This document shows, piece after piece, positions 38,189-50,239 of a DNA stretch of 64,000 nucleotides. Each line of letters begins with the position of its first letter. The stretch's first letter is position 1. The notes below the pieces were generated by a model. The model saw nothing but the letters and a program-made list of their open reading frames with translations, searched no databases and was not told the origin of the DNA. This stretch comes from the human T2T-CHM13v2.0 reference genome, Homo sapiens. The translations under genes were made by a program, and so were the position numbers. Where the stretch lies: assembly GCF_009914755.1 (NCBI RefSeq), contig NC_060942.1. The stretch is one strand, 5' to 3'.

Positions 38189-40451
38189 GTTGAAAAGGCT
38201 CACTGGGCAGTGGTGGTTGGGAAGCCAGGTGGGGCGTGCCCCTCCACTGAACTCCAAGATCACGTGTGAAGGGCCCCACATGGCGGCCATACCTCAACAC
38301 CAGATAACGCCTTCTGACAGTAGACCACCCTACTTGAGAAGAGCCGATCCACGGCCCCCACCAAGAAAAACAATATAAAAATAAATTAAAAATAAACCCA
38401 GAACTCGGCCATGGAGCTTGAGGAAGGTAACATTGTAGAAGTGCTATTTTCTTAGGGAGGAGAAGAAGGGTTCTTGTGAAAAGGGACCATTGTTTTCTTT
38501 CTCGAAATTTAAGTGCAAACAAAAAGGACGAAAAAGAGCTTAAGGATCTGACACAAAGGCGAACACATTCCCTTCTCGACTATCAAAAGCATGAGGAAAA
38601 TTTTTAGACCTCCCAGAGATAACGTTTCCAAGTTTTATTTTCCAAACTTCACTCTTATTAACACAGCCCTGGTAGATCATTTTCGAAGTGAAGTTTTTTA
38701 TATTCTCTTCACTGTTTGAAAAGAAAATATCACGCTTAGTTTTCCAATAGGTAATCTTTAGTCAGAGAAACAACTCTGTCATTGAGACTAAGGGAAATGA
38801 TGTTCCTCTCACGAAGGACCTGCCAAGTGTTGCTTTTAGGGAACCAGGTGATCGCTGGGCTCCACTGCGGAGAGGACATCCGAATTCCACAGCCCGGGGA
38901 AAAGCTCCGTCTACCCTGACACATGCAGCCTGCTTTGTGCTGCACAGATATCTCCCTGACTGGCTGCGGCGTTATTGTTCAATGAAGAACTGGTTTACAG
39001 ATAAAGGTGGCCCTGTCAGTTCTGAATAGCTCCAAGCTAATTGCTGACCCTAGCAGGCCCAATTAGCTGTTACACACTCAGCAAAGCGGCCCCTGGGACC
39101 TGCCCCTTCTAACATGCCACATTGTGAAACTCTCCCTGCGTCGGTACCTTGGCTATCAGCTTTGTAGTCACCTTTCAGCAGATCAAAGATTTCTTGGAAA
39201 GAATGACTGCTGTATCAGCCCCAACAGGCCCATATACAGCTGCACACACATCACAGCGAAACCCAAAGCATTCGTGGGGATGAGCAAGGACTCGACGCGG
39301 TATTCCGGTGCAGGTCTCAGAACGATGCCTTGATTGCTGTAATTTGAAGAAATAATCCCAAACATTTAGTTCCAGTAAACTCCCTGAGAAGCGACATTCG
39401 TGACAGCTCACTCACGGGCTCTGTCGCTGACACTGGATGTGCATGTCTTAGGATGGGATGGTCTTCCCATCGCCAGACCCACCTGACCTAGAGGACACGC
39501 TCACCTACACAAACACACTCAGGCACTGGCTTTCCTTCTCCTCAAAACTATGCATGTTCTTGTTCTAGAAGTCACCCAGGATCATGTTAGACAATGTGGA
39601 AAACAGACGGGGAGAAATAGAAAGGGAAGGAAGCAAACCCCAATGTCTTCTTGCAACAGGTAGACTTTGGTGATGGAATTTCCTCCTATTATAGAAGACG
39701 CCTTGTAAACATCATGGGCAGTGATGACACAATATTCTGTCCTGTGCTCGTTCACTTCCTGTTCTCTAATGCTTATGGCCACTTAAATAGTAGTTAATGT
39801 TGTTTTGCCATTATGATTTATTTCAAAAGTAAAATTAGTCTAATTTTAACCTAATCAAAACTAGGTCAAAAGATGCTAGGTTGAAGGATATTAATGCGTG
39901 TCACTAAATTGTTTTCCAGCATAATTGAAACAGTCCAGCAATCTTTAACACTGGTTACCAGATGTTCAACAGCAAAGTATTATCATTTTTTGGAAATATT
40001 TATAAAATTTTATTAGATTATTATTATAGCTGAACTTTCCCCATGTGTTTGTTAGTAGGTTATAAAAATTTTCCATGTGCTTCCTCCATTTACCAACAAT
40101 GTTTATGATGGTTTTTCTAATTGCGTGCATGATTTCTTTATATAGTATAAATATTTCTCCTTTGCTGCTATTAAATATATCAACTTGTTTCATTCAGTTT
40201 TGATTTATTTTGTACGTGCATCTCTTTTTACATTTTTGGGTAGTCAACTATATCAGTTTCTGTATTTATTGTCTTACTTTATATACTAACCTATATTTCC
40301 TCTTGGTTATTTGTTAATTTTATTTATTTATTTATTTATTTTGCTTTGCAAATATATCTGGAGTCAAATTTGTGAAGATTCTGTTTTCCAAATACCAAAG
40401 CAATGAACATTGCACGTGTTTTTTTACTTGAGTTATTTAATTATTTATTGG

Positions 40452-41900
40452 AGTATATACCCAGTAGTGGGATTGCTCGATCAAATGGCAGTTCTGTTTA
40501 AGTTCTTTGAGAAATCTCCAAACTGCTTTCCACAATGGCTGAACTAATTTGCATTCCCACCGATACTGAATAAATGTTTCCTTTTCCCCTCAACCTCACC
40601 AGCGTCTATTGTTTTTTGGTTTTTTTGTAATAGCCATTCTGACTGCTGTGAAATGGCATCTCATTGTGGTTTTGATTTGCATTTCTCTGATGATTAGTGA
40701 TGTTGAGTATTTTTTCATATGTTTCTTGGCTCCTTGTATGTCTTCTTTTGAGAAGTGTCTGTTCATGTCTTTTGCCCACTTTTTAATGGGTTTGTTTGGG
40801 TTTTGCTTGTTGAATTAACTTCCTTATAGATGCTGGATATTAGACCTTTATTGGATGCATAGTCCCTGAATATTTTCTCACAGTCTGTAGGTTGTCTGTT
40901 TACTGTGTTGCTAGTTTCTTTTGCTATGCAGAAGCTCTTAGTTTAATTAGGTCCCATTTGTCAGTTTTTTGTTTTTATTGCAATTGCTTTTGAAGACCTA
41001 GTCATACATTCTTTCCTGGGGCCAGTTGTGTCCAGAATGGTGTTTCCTAGGTTTTCTTCTAGGATTCCTATACATTCCTTACATTTAAATCTTTAATCCA
41101 TCTTGGGTTAATTTTTGTATATGATGAAACGTAGGGGTCCAGTTTCATTCTTCTGCACATGGCTAGCCAGCGGTCCCAGCACCCTCTATTTAATAAGTAG
41201 TCCTTTCCCTATTGCTTATTTTTGTTGACTTTATCAAACATCAGATAGCTGTAGGTGTGCAGCTTTATTTCTTGGTTCTCTAACCTGTTCCATTGGTCTA
41301 TGTTTCTGATTTTTTGTTTGTTTGTTTGTTTGTTTTCTACCAGTACCATGCTGTCTTGGTATAGTTTGAAGTCGGGTAATGTGACACTTCCAGCTTTGTT
41401 CTTTTTGCTTAGGATTGCTTTGGCTATTTGGGCTCTTTTTTGATGTCATATGAATAATTTTAGAATATCAATCTAGGTTCCCATCAATGGTGGACTGGAT
41501 AAAGAAAATGTGGTACATATAAACCATGGAATACGACATAGTCATTAAAAAATAATGAAGTCATGTCTTTTGCAGTAACATGGATGCAGCTAGAAGCCAT
41601 TATCCTAAGCAAATTAACACAGGAACAGAAAACCAAATACTGCATGTTCTTACTTACAAGTGGAAGCTAAACACTGGGTATTCATGGACATAAAGATGGC
41701 AACAATAGACAGTGGGAACTAATAGAAGGGGAAGGGCTGGAGAGGGATAAGGGTTGAAAAACTAACTGTTGAGTACTATCCTCACTACCTGGGTGACAGA
41801 ATCATTAATATCCTAACCTTCAGCATCACACAATATACCCATGTAACAAACCTACACATATACTCCCTGAATCTAAAATAAAAGCTGATATTGTTTTTAA
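40452..41900 (+). mobile_element. L1PB/late-L1PA element, probably 5'-inverted (40452-41466 antisense; 41467-41900 sense 3' end)
   Basis: Antisense ORF2 segment joined to CCCATCAATGGTGGACTGGATAAAG...GAATCTAAAATAAAAG; TSD not identified. Confidence 0.85.
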
Positions 41901-42283
41901 AAATTGTCGAAAGGAAAAATAAGTAAATAAATACAAAGAAAATTTCTTAACAGTATTGTGTAGTCCATTTTTTCCCCACTGATATGGATTACTTTCTTTA
42001 AAATACCATAAGTATTTGCATGAACTATATTCCATCTCTGAATGATCTGTTCTCTTCTAATAGCTATCTGTTTAGTCTCATATGACATCATCTTAATAAT
42101 TATTTCATAAATTTTAATACCTAATTTAATACCTAATTAACATGACATCTTTACTCTTCTTTTAAACTTTTATAAATATTTTAATTTTAATTATTTAAAA
42201 CAAATTTTAGAATCATTTCATCATATTCAAATAAAATTATTGTTTGGATTTTGCCAAAATTACTTTTAAACAAACTCATTGAT

Positions 42284-42802
42284 TGTAGGTAGGTTGCTCA
42301 CAACCATAATGAAAGATTCCTTCTCTATGTCCATACCACCTTTGCAATGTGACTTTGCTGTTCCCCATATTAAGGGGTAGGGACTACTTCCTCACTCTTT
42401 GAATTTTGGCTGACTTGTGACTTGTTTTGACCAATACCATTTGGTGGAAGTGCCCTGTGCCAGTTCCAAGCCTAGACTCCTGGAAGAGGCTTTGAGTGCT
42501 TCTGCGCTTCTCCTTGGAACCTGTTCAGCTGCAATGTGATCAAGCCCAAGCTAGCCTGCTGGAAGATGAGAGACCCCAGGGAGCAGAAGGGAACCGCTCC
42601 AGCTAAGGCCGTCCTGGACCAACCTGCTCCAGCTGACCTGCAAACTGGCTTCAGATATGTGAGTCAGCCCCGTGAGACAAGATAAGCCATCCGCTGAGCC
42701 CCACCCAAATTACACACATAACAGTAAGGAAAATAAATGGTGGTTGTTTAAATCTTCTGCAATTTGCAATAGTTTGTTTTTCTGCACAAGATAACTGATA
42801 CA
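42284..42802 (+). mobile_element. MaLR LTR (MLT1G/H-like)
   Basis: CTTTGCAATGTGACTTTGCTG...GTGCCAGTTCCAAGCCTAG...AATAAATGGTGGTTGTTT...GATAACTGATACA. Confidence 0.82.
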
Positions 42803-42823
42803 TATAAAATATTTTATATTCCC

Positions 42824-43197
42824 ATCATGGATTGAATTATGTCCACCCAAAATTCATATGTAGAAGCCCTAATTCCCACAAGGATTATGTTTGGAGATAA
42901 GGGCCTTTAAAAAAGTAATTAAAGTTAAATGAAGTCAGAAGGGTAGAACACTAATCCAATATGACTGGTGTCCTTATAAAAAGAGAGATGCCAGGGATGT
43001 GCATGCACAGAGGAAAGGCCGTGTGAGGACACCCCGAAACAGCACCATCTCGACCAAGAAGAGAGGCCTTAGGAGAAACCAACCCTGCTGGCACCATGAT
43101 CATGGACTTTCAGCCTACAGAACTTAGAAAATGAATTGGTGCAAATAAAACACCCAATGTATGTGTTTTGCTACGGCAGCCATAGTAAACCAATAAA
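42824..43197 (+). mobile_element. MaLR LTR (MLT1A/A0-like)
   Basis: CAAAATTCATATGTAGAAGCCCTAA...CTAATCCAATATGACTGGTGTCCTTATAA...GAAACCAACCCTGCTGGCACC. Confidence 0.85.
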
Positions 43198-43632
43198 ATT
43201 TTCTGTCAGAGCATTCTGTGCCTCTGAAATTATTTAAGTCTTCTTTTCTATTTCTCATTAATTCTGGCAGGCATCTTTTATGGGTTCTTCATGTTCCTAA
43301 AACTATTCATAGACATTTTATGCTTTTTCTTGCTTTCTGAATGGGATCCAGTGGATTTTTTTATTGGTCAATGCTTGAATGTAGAAAAGTTAAGGAAATT
43401 CCTATTATGTTAGGGATAAAACAAGGTTATCACCGTTATTCATTAACATTTCTGGAAGTTTTGGCCAAGGCAGTAAGAACCAAAACAAATAAAAGATGAA
43501 TAAATACTTGAAAGATATGTGTAGATGACAAGGTTGATTTTGATATGCTTATCTTGCTAACATGCTACTTTAGTAAACTTTTACATTTGAACATCATGTA
43601 AGTTCTTTTCTTGAATTTTTTAGGTACACAAC

Positions 43633-44018
43633 TGATATGGTTTGGCCGTGTCCCCACCCAAAATCTCATCTTGAATTGTAATCCAAATTGTAATCCCCAC
43701 ATGTTGGGTTGAAGGATCTCAACGGAGGTGATTAGATCATGGTGGCGGTTTCCCCCATGCTGTTCTCATGATAGTGAATGAGTTCTCATGAGATCTCATG
43801 GTTTTATAAGGGGCTTCTCTGCCCACCCCCCTTTGCTTGGCACTTCTCTCTCCTGCCACCATGCGAAGAAGGATGTGTTTGGTTTCCCTTCTGTCATGAT
43901 TGTAAGTTTGCTGAGGCCTCCCCAGTCATGCAGAACTGTGAGTCAATTAAACCTCTTCCTTTACAAATTACCCAGTCTTGGGTATTTCTTCATAGCAGCA
44001 TGAGAAAGGACTAATACA
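43633..44018 (+). mobile_element. THE1D-like solo LTR
   Basis: TGATATGGTTTGGCCGTGTCCCCACCCAAAATCTCATCTTGAATTGTA...GACTAATACA termini. Confidence 0.92.
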
Positions 44019-44428
44019 ACGAACTTGTCATCTACACATATCTTTCAAGTATTTATACATTATCTATTTGTCTTGGTTCTTATTGCTTTGGCCAAAACTT
44101 CTAGAAAATTTTACTGAATAATGTTGGTAATCTGTTTTTTACCCCTTAATGTAACAGAAATTTCTCTAGAGATTCTACTGTAAAACATTATGATAGAGAG
44201 AGTGCAAGGATTAAACCAGTGGACTCCAGTGTCAGACAAGCAGGATCTGAACTTGGACTGCAGTTTCCCACAACTACGTGCTTTTTTCTCTTTGCCAAGT
44301 CAAGCATTAGTAATTCAAATTCTTCCAGCTATGACCAACATTATCCTGGGCAAGTCCCTGAACCTTTCCATTTTGTGATTTCCCTTCAAGGGTGGAATCA
44401 GCCCCACACCCAAATTTGGTGTGGAGGT

Positions 44429-45114
44429 TGTATTAGTTTCTGAGGGTTGTCATAGTGAATCATTTTGTCACCCTAACCCTTCTTTGGTTAGTAATGCATC
44501 TATTTTTTCTTCTCTTTTGTAGCTTTGTAAATTTTAATTTTTGAAAAAAGTTTCCTTTTTAACAAGACTATAACTTGTTAGGCTATAGTTTTGCATAGTA
44601 CTTTCCTGTAACAATTAAACGTCTCCCACATATCTATTTCTTTTTCATCATTTTTTCATAATTTTATTATCACTGCATTTGTGAAACATAAGCTTTTCCA
44701 TTCATCACTATACCACAAACCGGATGGCTTAAACAACCGAGATCATTTTCTCAGCGTTCTGGAGGATTGAAGACCAAAATCAAGGTGTTGGCAAAGCAAT
44801 GCCCTCTCCACAGCCCCTACAGGAGGACCCTTTCTTGAGTCTTCCAGCTTCTGGGGGCTCTGAGTGCTCTTTGGCTTGTGGTCACACCACTGCAATCTCT
44901 GTCTCCATTGTCACATGGCCGTTTTCCTTCAGTGTCTGTATTTTCCTCCTCCCATGATGACAAAATTCATGTTAGATTAGGGCACACTCTAATGACGTCT
45001 TCCTATCTTGATTACGCCTGTAAAGACCCTCTTTCTGCATAAGGTCACCTTCACAGGTCTAGGAGTTAAGATTTTCACATATCTTTCTCAGGGACACAAA
45101 TTCAGCTCAAAACA
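44429..45114 (-). mobile_element. MLT1C-like LTR interrupted by a ~255-bp insertion (44455-44708)
   Basis: TGTATTAGTTTCTGAGGGTTGTCATA | insertion | TACCACAAACCGGATGGCTTAAACAAC...; 5-bp TSD GAGGT 44424-44428 / GAGAT 45115-45119. Confidence 0.85.
44455..44708 (+). repeat. Copy 1 of ~255-bp direct duplication (partner 45765-46019)
   Basis: 37-nt identical block 44537-44573 = 45843-45879, with collinear similarity on both sides. Confidence 0.92.
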
Positions 45115-45764
45115 GAGATGGAAACTGGGGATGCCACACACGCATCAAGCATGCATGGCAATGTGTGTCACTTACGCAATGGGACTCACAGCAGGGCAAC
45201 CACCCGCACTTGTCCAGAGAGGTGAAGGAAGCGATGAGTGGCTGTAGCTTTTACTGTGGTTGGGGCTGGGGCCTTGGCAAGGGCTCCTGAGTGCTGAGTG
45301 GTTTGCATGGTTTGAACTTCCCACCAGTACCAAAGCATGGGGCACATAGACTTCATGATGGCGTTGCCAAACATGAGGTACAGAGGGAAAAAGAAGGAGT
45401 GGGCCACGTTTTGTCAACAAACAAGAAGGAACATTTCCCTGGCCTATAAGGTCGAGTTAACTATATTATCTTAGACCCCATTTGTGGTGGTTAAAGGAGC
45501 TGATGCCTGTGAAACCCAGCATTGCTCCTCTGCCCCTCAGAGCAAGTGCTCAGTCAAGTAAAGCCATCAGCCATTATTATTGCATGTTAATTATGAGTTT
45601 AGGTATCTTAGATAACATCAAGGAAGGATTTTTTGTTCCAACATATTTAACATTTTTAAACATGGGTACAGATCATGTATATTTCACTCTATATTCTGAA
45701 AAAAAGTTGAGGTTTCTGAGATTTATCAATTTCCTAAATCTTGAAGTTATCTCCTTTATCACTT

Positions 45765-46019
45765 GTGAATTTTTCCTATTTCTTCTTTGGTTATTAATGT
45801 GTCTGTCTTTTCTTCTCTTCTTCTGCAGTTTTTTAAATTTTGATTTTTGAAAAAAGTTTCCTTTTTAACAAGACTATAATTGCTTAGAATATAGTTTTTC
45901 ATAGTGCCTTCCTGTAACATGTAAAAGTCTCCCACATATCAAATTCATTTCTTTTTAGTTATTTTTTCATAATTTTATCATCACTGCATTTGTAAAACTC
46001 GAGCTTTTCCATTCCTCAC
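45765..46019 (+). repeat. Copy 2 (probable donor) of ~255-bp direct duplication
   Basis: Aligns to 44455-44708. Confidence 0.92.
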
Positions 46020-46739
46020 AAGTTATTCCCAAAGACCAATTATTGAATTTATCATTTCTACCGTCTTACTATTTTTCAGTTTATTGGGTTTTTCCCTGTC
46101 TCTTTTTCCATGTTATTTGTTTTAGGTGTTTTTTGTTTTTGTTTTTTTTTTTCTGAAAGCCTGAAACAAAATCTTGGTGCATTTATATTGATCATTTTCT
46201 CTCTCTAAAGTAAGATAATAAAAAGAAAATAAAACAGGTACTTCAGTCTGAAAGCAGCTTTTGAAAATGTCTCTCCGATGTTATTATCGTTGTCGTAATT
46301 CAAATACTCCAGTGACCATCTTTTCAACTGCCTGCTTGATCCAGAGTACATTCAGAATATTATTTATTTCCAAGTGCTTTCAATTACTTTAACAATCACC
46401 ATTTCCTTCTACATTTTGCATCTAAATCTTACCCTGGAGAGATGTAGAAAAATAAAAATTCCTCAGTGCTCAACACCCCCCCGGAACTTCCCTTTACTCT
46501 TCAGCGGGTTGAGTGGAATTCCGTCCTCTCCAACCCCGGAAGTGCTCTTGCCAGGCCCATCAGGGGTCTCGAGGCTGCCCTTCATTCTACCTTAACTTTC
46601 TGGACTTCCTTCCTTCTCTTCCTTTTCCTTTCTCCTCTAGGCTCCCATGAGGACAGCAGACTATACCGAACGGTTTCCCCTCCTCCCCAACTGGTTCCCC
46701 CCTCTCACCGGCTTTTCCTCCTCTAACTGCCTTCCATGG

Positions 46740-47100
46740 CGGGCTGCCTGGACAGGCTCATTCCCAGCTCTCCTGAGGTCACTCTACCTGCCTCTGTGGT
46801 CCCTGCCTACGCAATTCTTCTCTAGAGACTCTTAGCGTCATCGTCCACTCTGAACTCACCCACTCCACGGGGATACAACTCCCTCCGAAGGTCTTCACAG
46901 ACCACTCCATGAACAATTTCCTCAATCGCCAATTGCTCTACATCTTGTTACCTGCTCTCTTATTTCCTCCATGGCATTTGGCCCTCTGTAAAAGCAAATG
47001 AAAGCAGGGGTGGTTTTCTCCTATTTACTGCAGCGTCCTCAGCGCCTAGTGCAGTGTCTGCCATAAAGCACATGTCCAATAAATGAAACAATAAATGGGT
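46740..47100 (+). mobile_element. L2 3' fragment
   Basis: CTGCAGCGTCCTCAGCGCCTAGTGCAGTGTCTGCCAT...CAATAAATGAA. Confidence 0.65.
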
Positions 47101-47378
47101 ACAAAAGACCTAGGTGGAAATTGCACAGGAACATTCTTAAAATTCTTTTCCACGTAATTCCAATACAGAGGTAACTAAGGAAGCTACCAGCCTGAACTAT
47201 CTCAGAATTTTGAAATTTATCGAGCCTTCTCTGTCACGTAACACAGATTAATTGTTGTAAATAATTCACAGATGCCAAAAAAGAAGCTGTGATCTGTCTA
47301 GGCTAAAAATTTCTGTATATTTCTATTGATTCAGTATGTTTAATTAAATAGTTTAAGTCATTTCTTCTTTTTTTATTA

Positions 47379-47728
<350 letters not shown>

Positions 47729-47730
<2 letters not shown>

Positions 47731-47822
47731 AAGAAAGAAAGAAAGAAAAGAAGGAAAGGGAGAGAAGGAAGGAAGGAAGGAGGGAGGGAGGGAGGGAGGG
47801 AAGGAGGGAAAGGAAGGAAGGA
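47729..47822 (+). repeat. Compound purine microsatellite (GAAA/GGAA/GGGA)n in the Alu tail
   Basis: Directly visible; lies between the Alu body and the 3' TSD. Confidence 0.93.
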
Positions 47823-48181
47823 AATGTGTACCTACTCATTTCTCTTCGCTGTACATATTTTGATGCAATATTACTTGTATAAATGTTCATAACTAATATG
47901 TCTTCTTACGCATTTTGCTTGTTGGTAAAATAAAGAGTACAAATGGGTATTCTTATTCATAACTAATGCTTTTGGCTTTAGATATCAATATTATAATTAT
48001 TGGGTATTTGTTTTTCGTTTATTGGTTGTTTTGTTTGTCTCTTGGTTGGTCTCTACTTTGTCTCCTGTATTTCAAGACATCTTTTTAAAGTATGTCTGAA
48101 TTATTTCATTTTGATATGCTCACTGAAAATGGTACAGTGTAAGACATTGTACTTTATTTTTTCGCATAAAATATATACATA

Positions 48182-48642
48182 TGTACTCATTTCCGGGGCT
48201 GCCCTAGCAGAGCACCACATACTGAGAGGCTTAAACAACAGAAACTGATTGACTCGGAGATCTGGAGGCCAGAAGGCTGAGCTTAGGCTGTCAACTGGGA
48301 GGGTTCCTTCCAAAGGCTGTAAGGGAGAATCCGCCCCACACCTCTCACCCAGCTTCTGGTAGTTGCCAGCACTCTTGGGTGTCTCTTGGTTTGTGGGAAG
48401 ATCATCCCAGTCCTTGCCTATACTTTCACGTGTGTTCTCCCTGTAGCATGCTCTGTCTCTCAACTGCCCCTTTATAGAAGTGCATCAGTCATGTTGGATT
48501 AGGGAGCCATCCAACTACAGTTTGACCTCATTTTAATTTAACTAACACCATCTGAAGTGATCCTATTTCCAAATATGGTCACGTTCTAAAGTACTGGTGG
48601 TTAGGATTTCAACATGTGTAGGGGCACCATTAAACCCGTAAA
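48182..48642 (-). mobile_element. MLT1C-like solo LTR
   Basis: GGGGCTGCC...GGCTTAAACAACAGAAA...CTGGAGGCCAGAAG...CCTATTTCCAAATATGGTCAC. Confidence 0.85.
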
Positions 48643-49129
48643 GAAACTCTCAGATTTGATCTGACTCTGATCCTCACGTTTTATGAATTTGCATTTTATA
48701 ATTCCTTCTAGTTTTCAATCTAATACTTAGGTTCTTGTTTGGTTTTGGCTTTATTTTTCTGTAGAGACCTGGTGGCTATTACATTCTGCATTGATTTGGG
48801 AAGTAGACATCTGTTACTGGTAGACTAATTTACGAGTGCTTATATTCAAGTTTTTAAAGAACACATTTAAACCAATATTTGACTAATTATAGGAGTCAAT
48901 CATAGACAAACATCTCATGTTTGTCTAAAATCATAAAACAATATTTTTATTCATCTTAGGAAAATGAGTTAGGCACTTTTATTATTTTCTCTTCTTTGTT
49001 AATTTTAGCTGATTTGTAAATCTTATCTCTCTTTTTATTTTTTAAAAAATAGATAATTTAATAAAATAATAGTGGAGACAATATATTTTAAACATATTTA
49101 AAATAATTGTTTTAACATTTAATAATATC

Positions 49130-49567
49130 TTGACAATTGTTGAGATACTTGTAGATTCACATGCAGTTCTAAGAAATATTACGAATAAATTATTTGTCTA
49201 TTTTACCCAGTCTTCCCAATGGTAACATTTTGCAAAGTCATGGCATAATATCATAACTAGGATACTGACAATGTAACAGTTTCACTTGTACCCATTTGTG
49301 AGTGTGAATGAAGTTCTGTGTAGGACATCCATGCACCATCTCTGTCAAGACTGATCAGGTCCAAATCACAAGGACCACACGGGCCTCCATCTTGCTCTTT
49401 CGTAACTCCATCCACCTAACCTCTTCCAGCTCCTACTTCCCCAACATATCCTCCACTTATAAAATGCTGACATTACAAAAATGTTTTATAAATGGGATCA
49501 TAGGATATGTTACTGTTATGGATTGACTTTTTTCACTCAACATAAATCCCTAGAGGTTCATCCAAGT

Positions 49568-49609
<42 letters not shown>

Positions 49610-50236
49610 ATCACATATTTGCAAACTATATCTGACAAAGGACTAGCCATATTAACAATCGAGTCCCTTTATTGCAGAGTAGTATTTTATGTACAACAGT
49701 TTATTCAGGCATTCACCTGTTGAAGACCATCAGGGCAAATTCCAGTTTTTTACCACCACAAATAAAGATACTATAGACATTCCCATACGTATTTTTATGT
49801 TAACATAAGCTTTCATTTCTGTGGGATAGATGCCAGAGAGCACAATAGCTAGATCATATGGTAATTGCATGTTCAGTTTTACAAGCAACTGCCAAACTAT
49901 ATTTCAGAGTGGCTGTAACATTTTACATTCCCACCAGAAGTCAGTGACTCTGTTTCTCTGCATCCTCACCATCACCTGGTGTCACCATTTTTTATTTTAG
50001 CCATTTTGTTGAGTTTACCATAAAATCTCATTGTGGTTTTAACTTGCATCTTCCTGATAACTGATGATACTGAGCATCTTCTCATGTGTCTATTTGCATC
50101 CGTATATCCTAAAACATGAAATGCCACTTCATGGCTTTTACCCATTTCCAATTGGATTACTTTTGTTTTTATGATGGATGGGGTTTTTTACTGTTCTGCA
50201 TATATTCTAGTCCTTTGTCAGACATAGTTTGCAAAT
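49130..50236 (-). mobile_element. L1MC-type 3' end
   Basis: TGTAGATTCACATGCAGTT...CCCAATGGTAACATTTTGCAAA...CATTTTACATTCCCACCAG. Confidence 0.82.
49571..49602 (+). repeat. (AC)16 microsatellite
   Basis: Directly visible. Confidence 0.97.
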
Positions 50237-50239
50237 GTA

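Larger units (their letters stand above)
44374..45420. mobile_element. ERVL-class LTR (MER76-like), split by MLT1C (pieces 44374-44428 and 45115-45420)
   Basis: CCTTCAAGGGTGGAATCAG..ACCCAAATTTGGT continuing after the MLT1C as GATGGAAACTGGGGATGCCACACAC; family name from memory. Confidence 0.5.
44195..45580 (+). mobile_element. MIR split in two (about 44195-44373 and 45440-45580) by nested LTRs
   Basis: 5' half CCTGGGCAAGTCCCTGAACCTTTC; 3' half AAGTGCTCAGTCAAG...CCATTATTATT. Confidence 0.5.
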
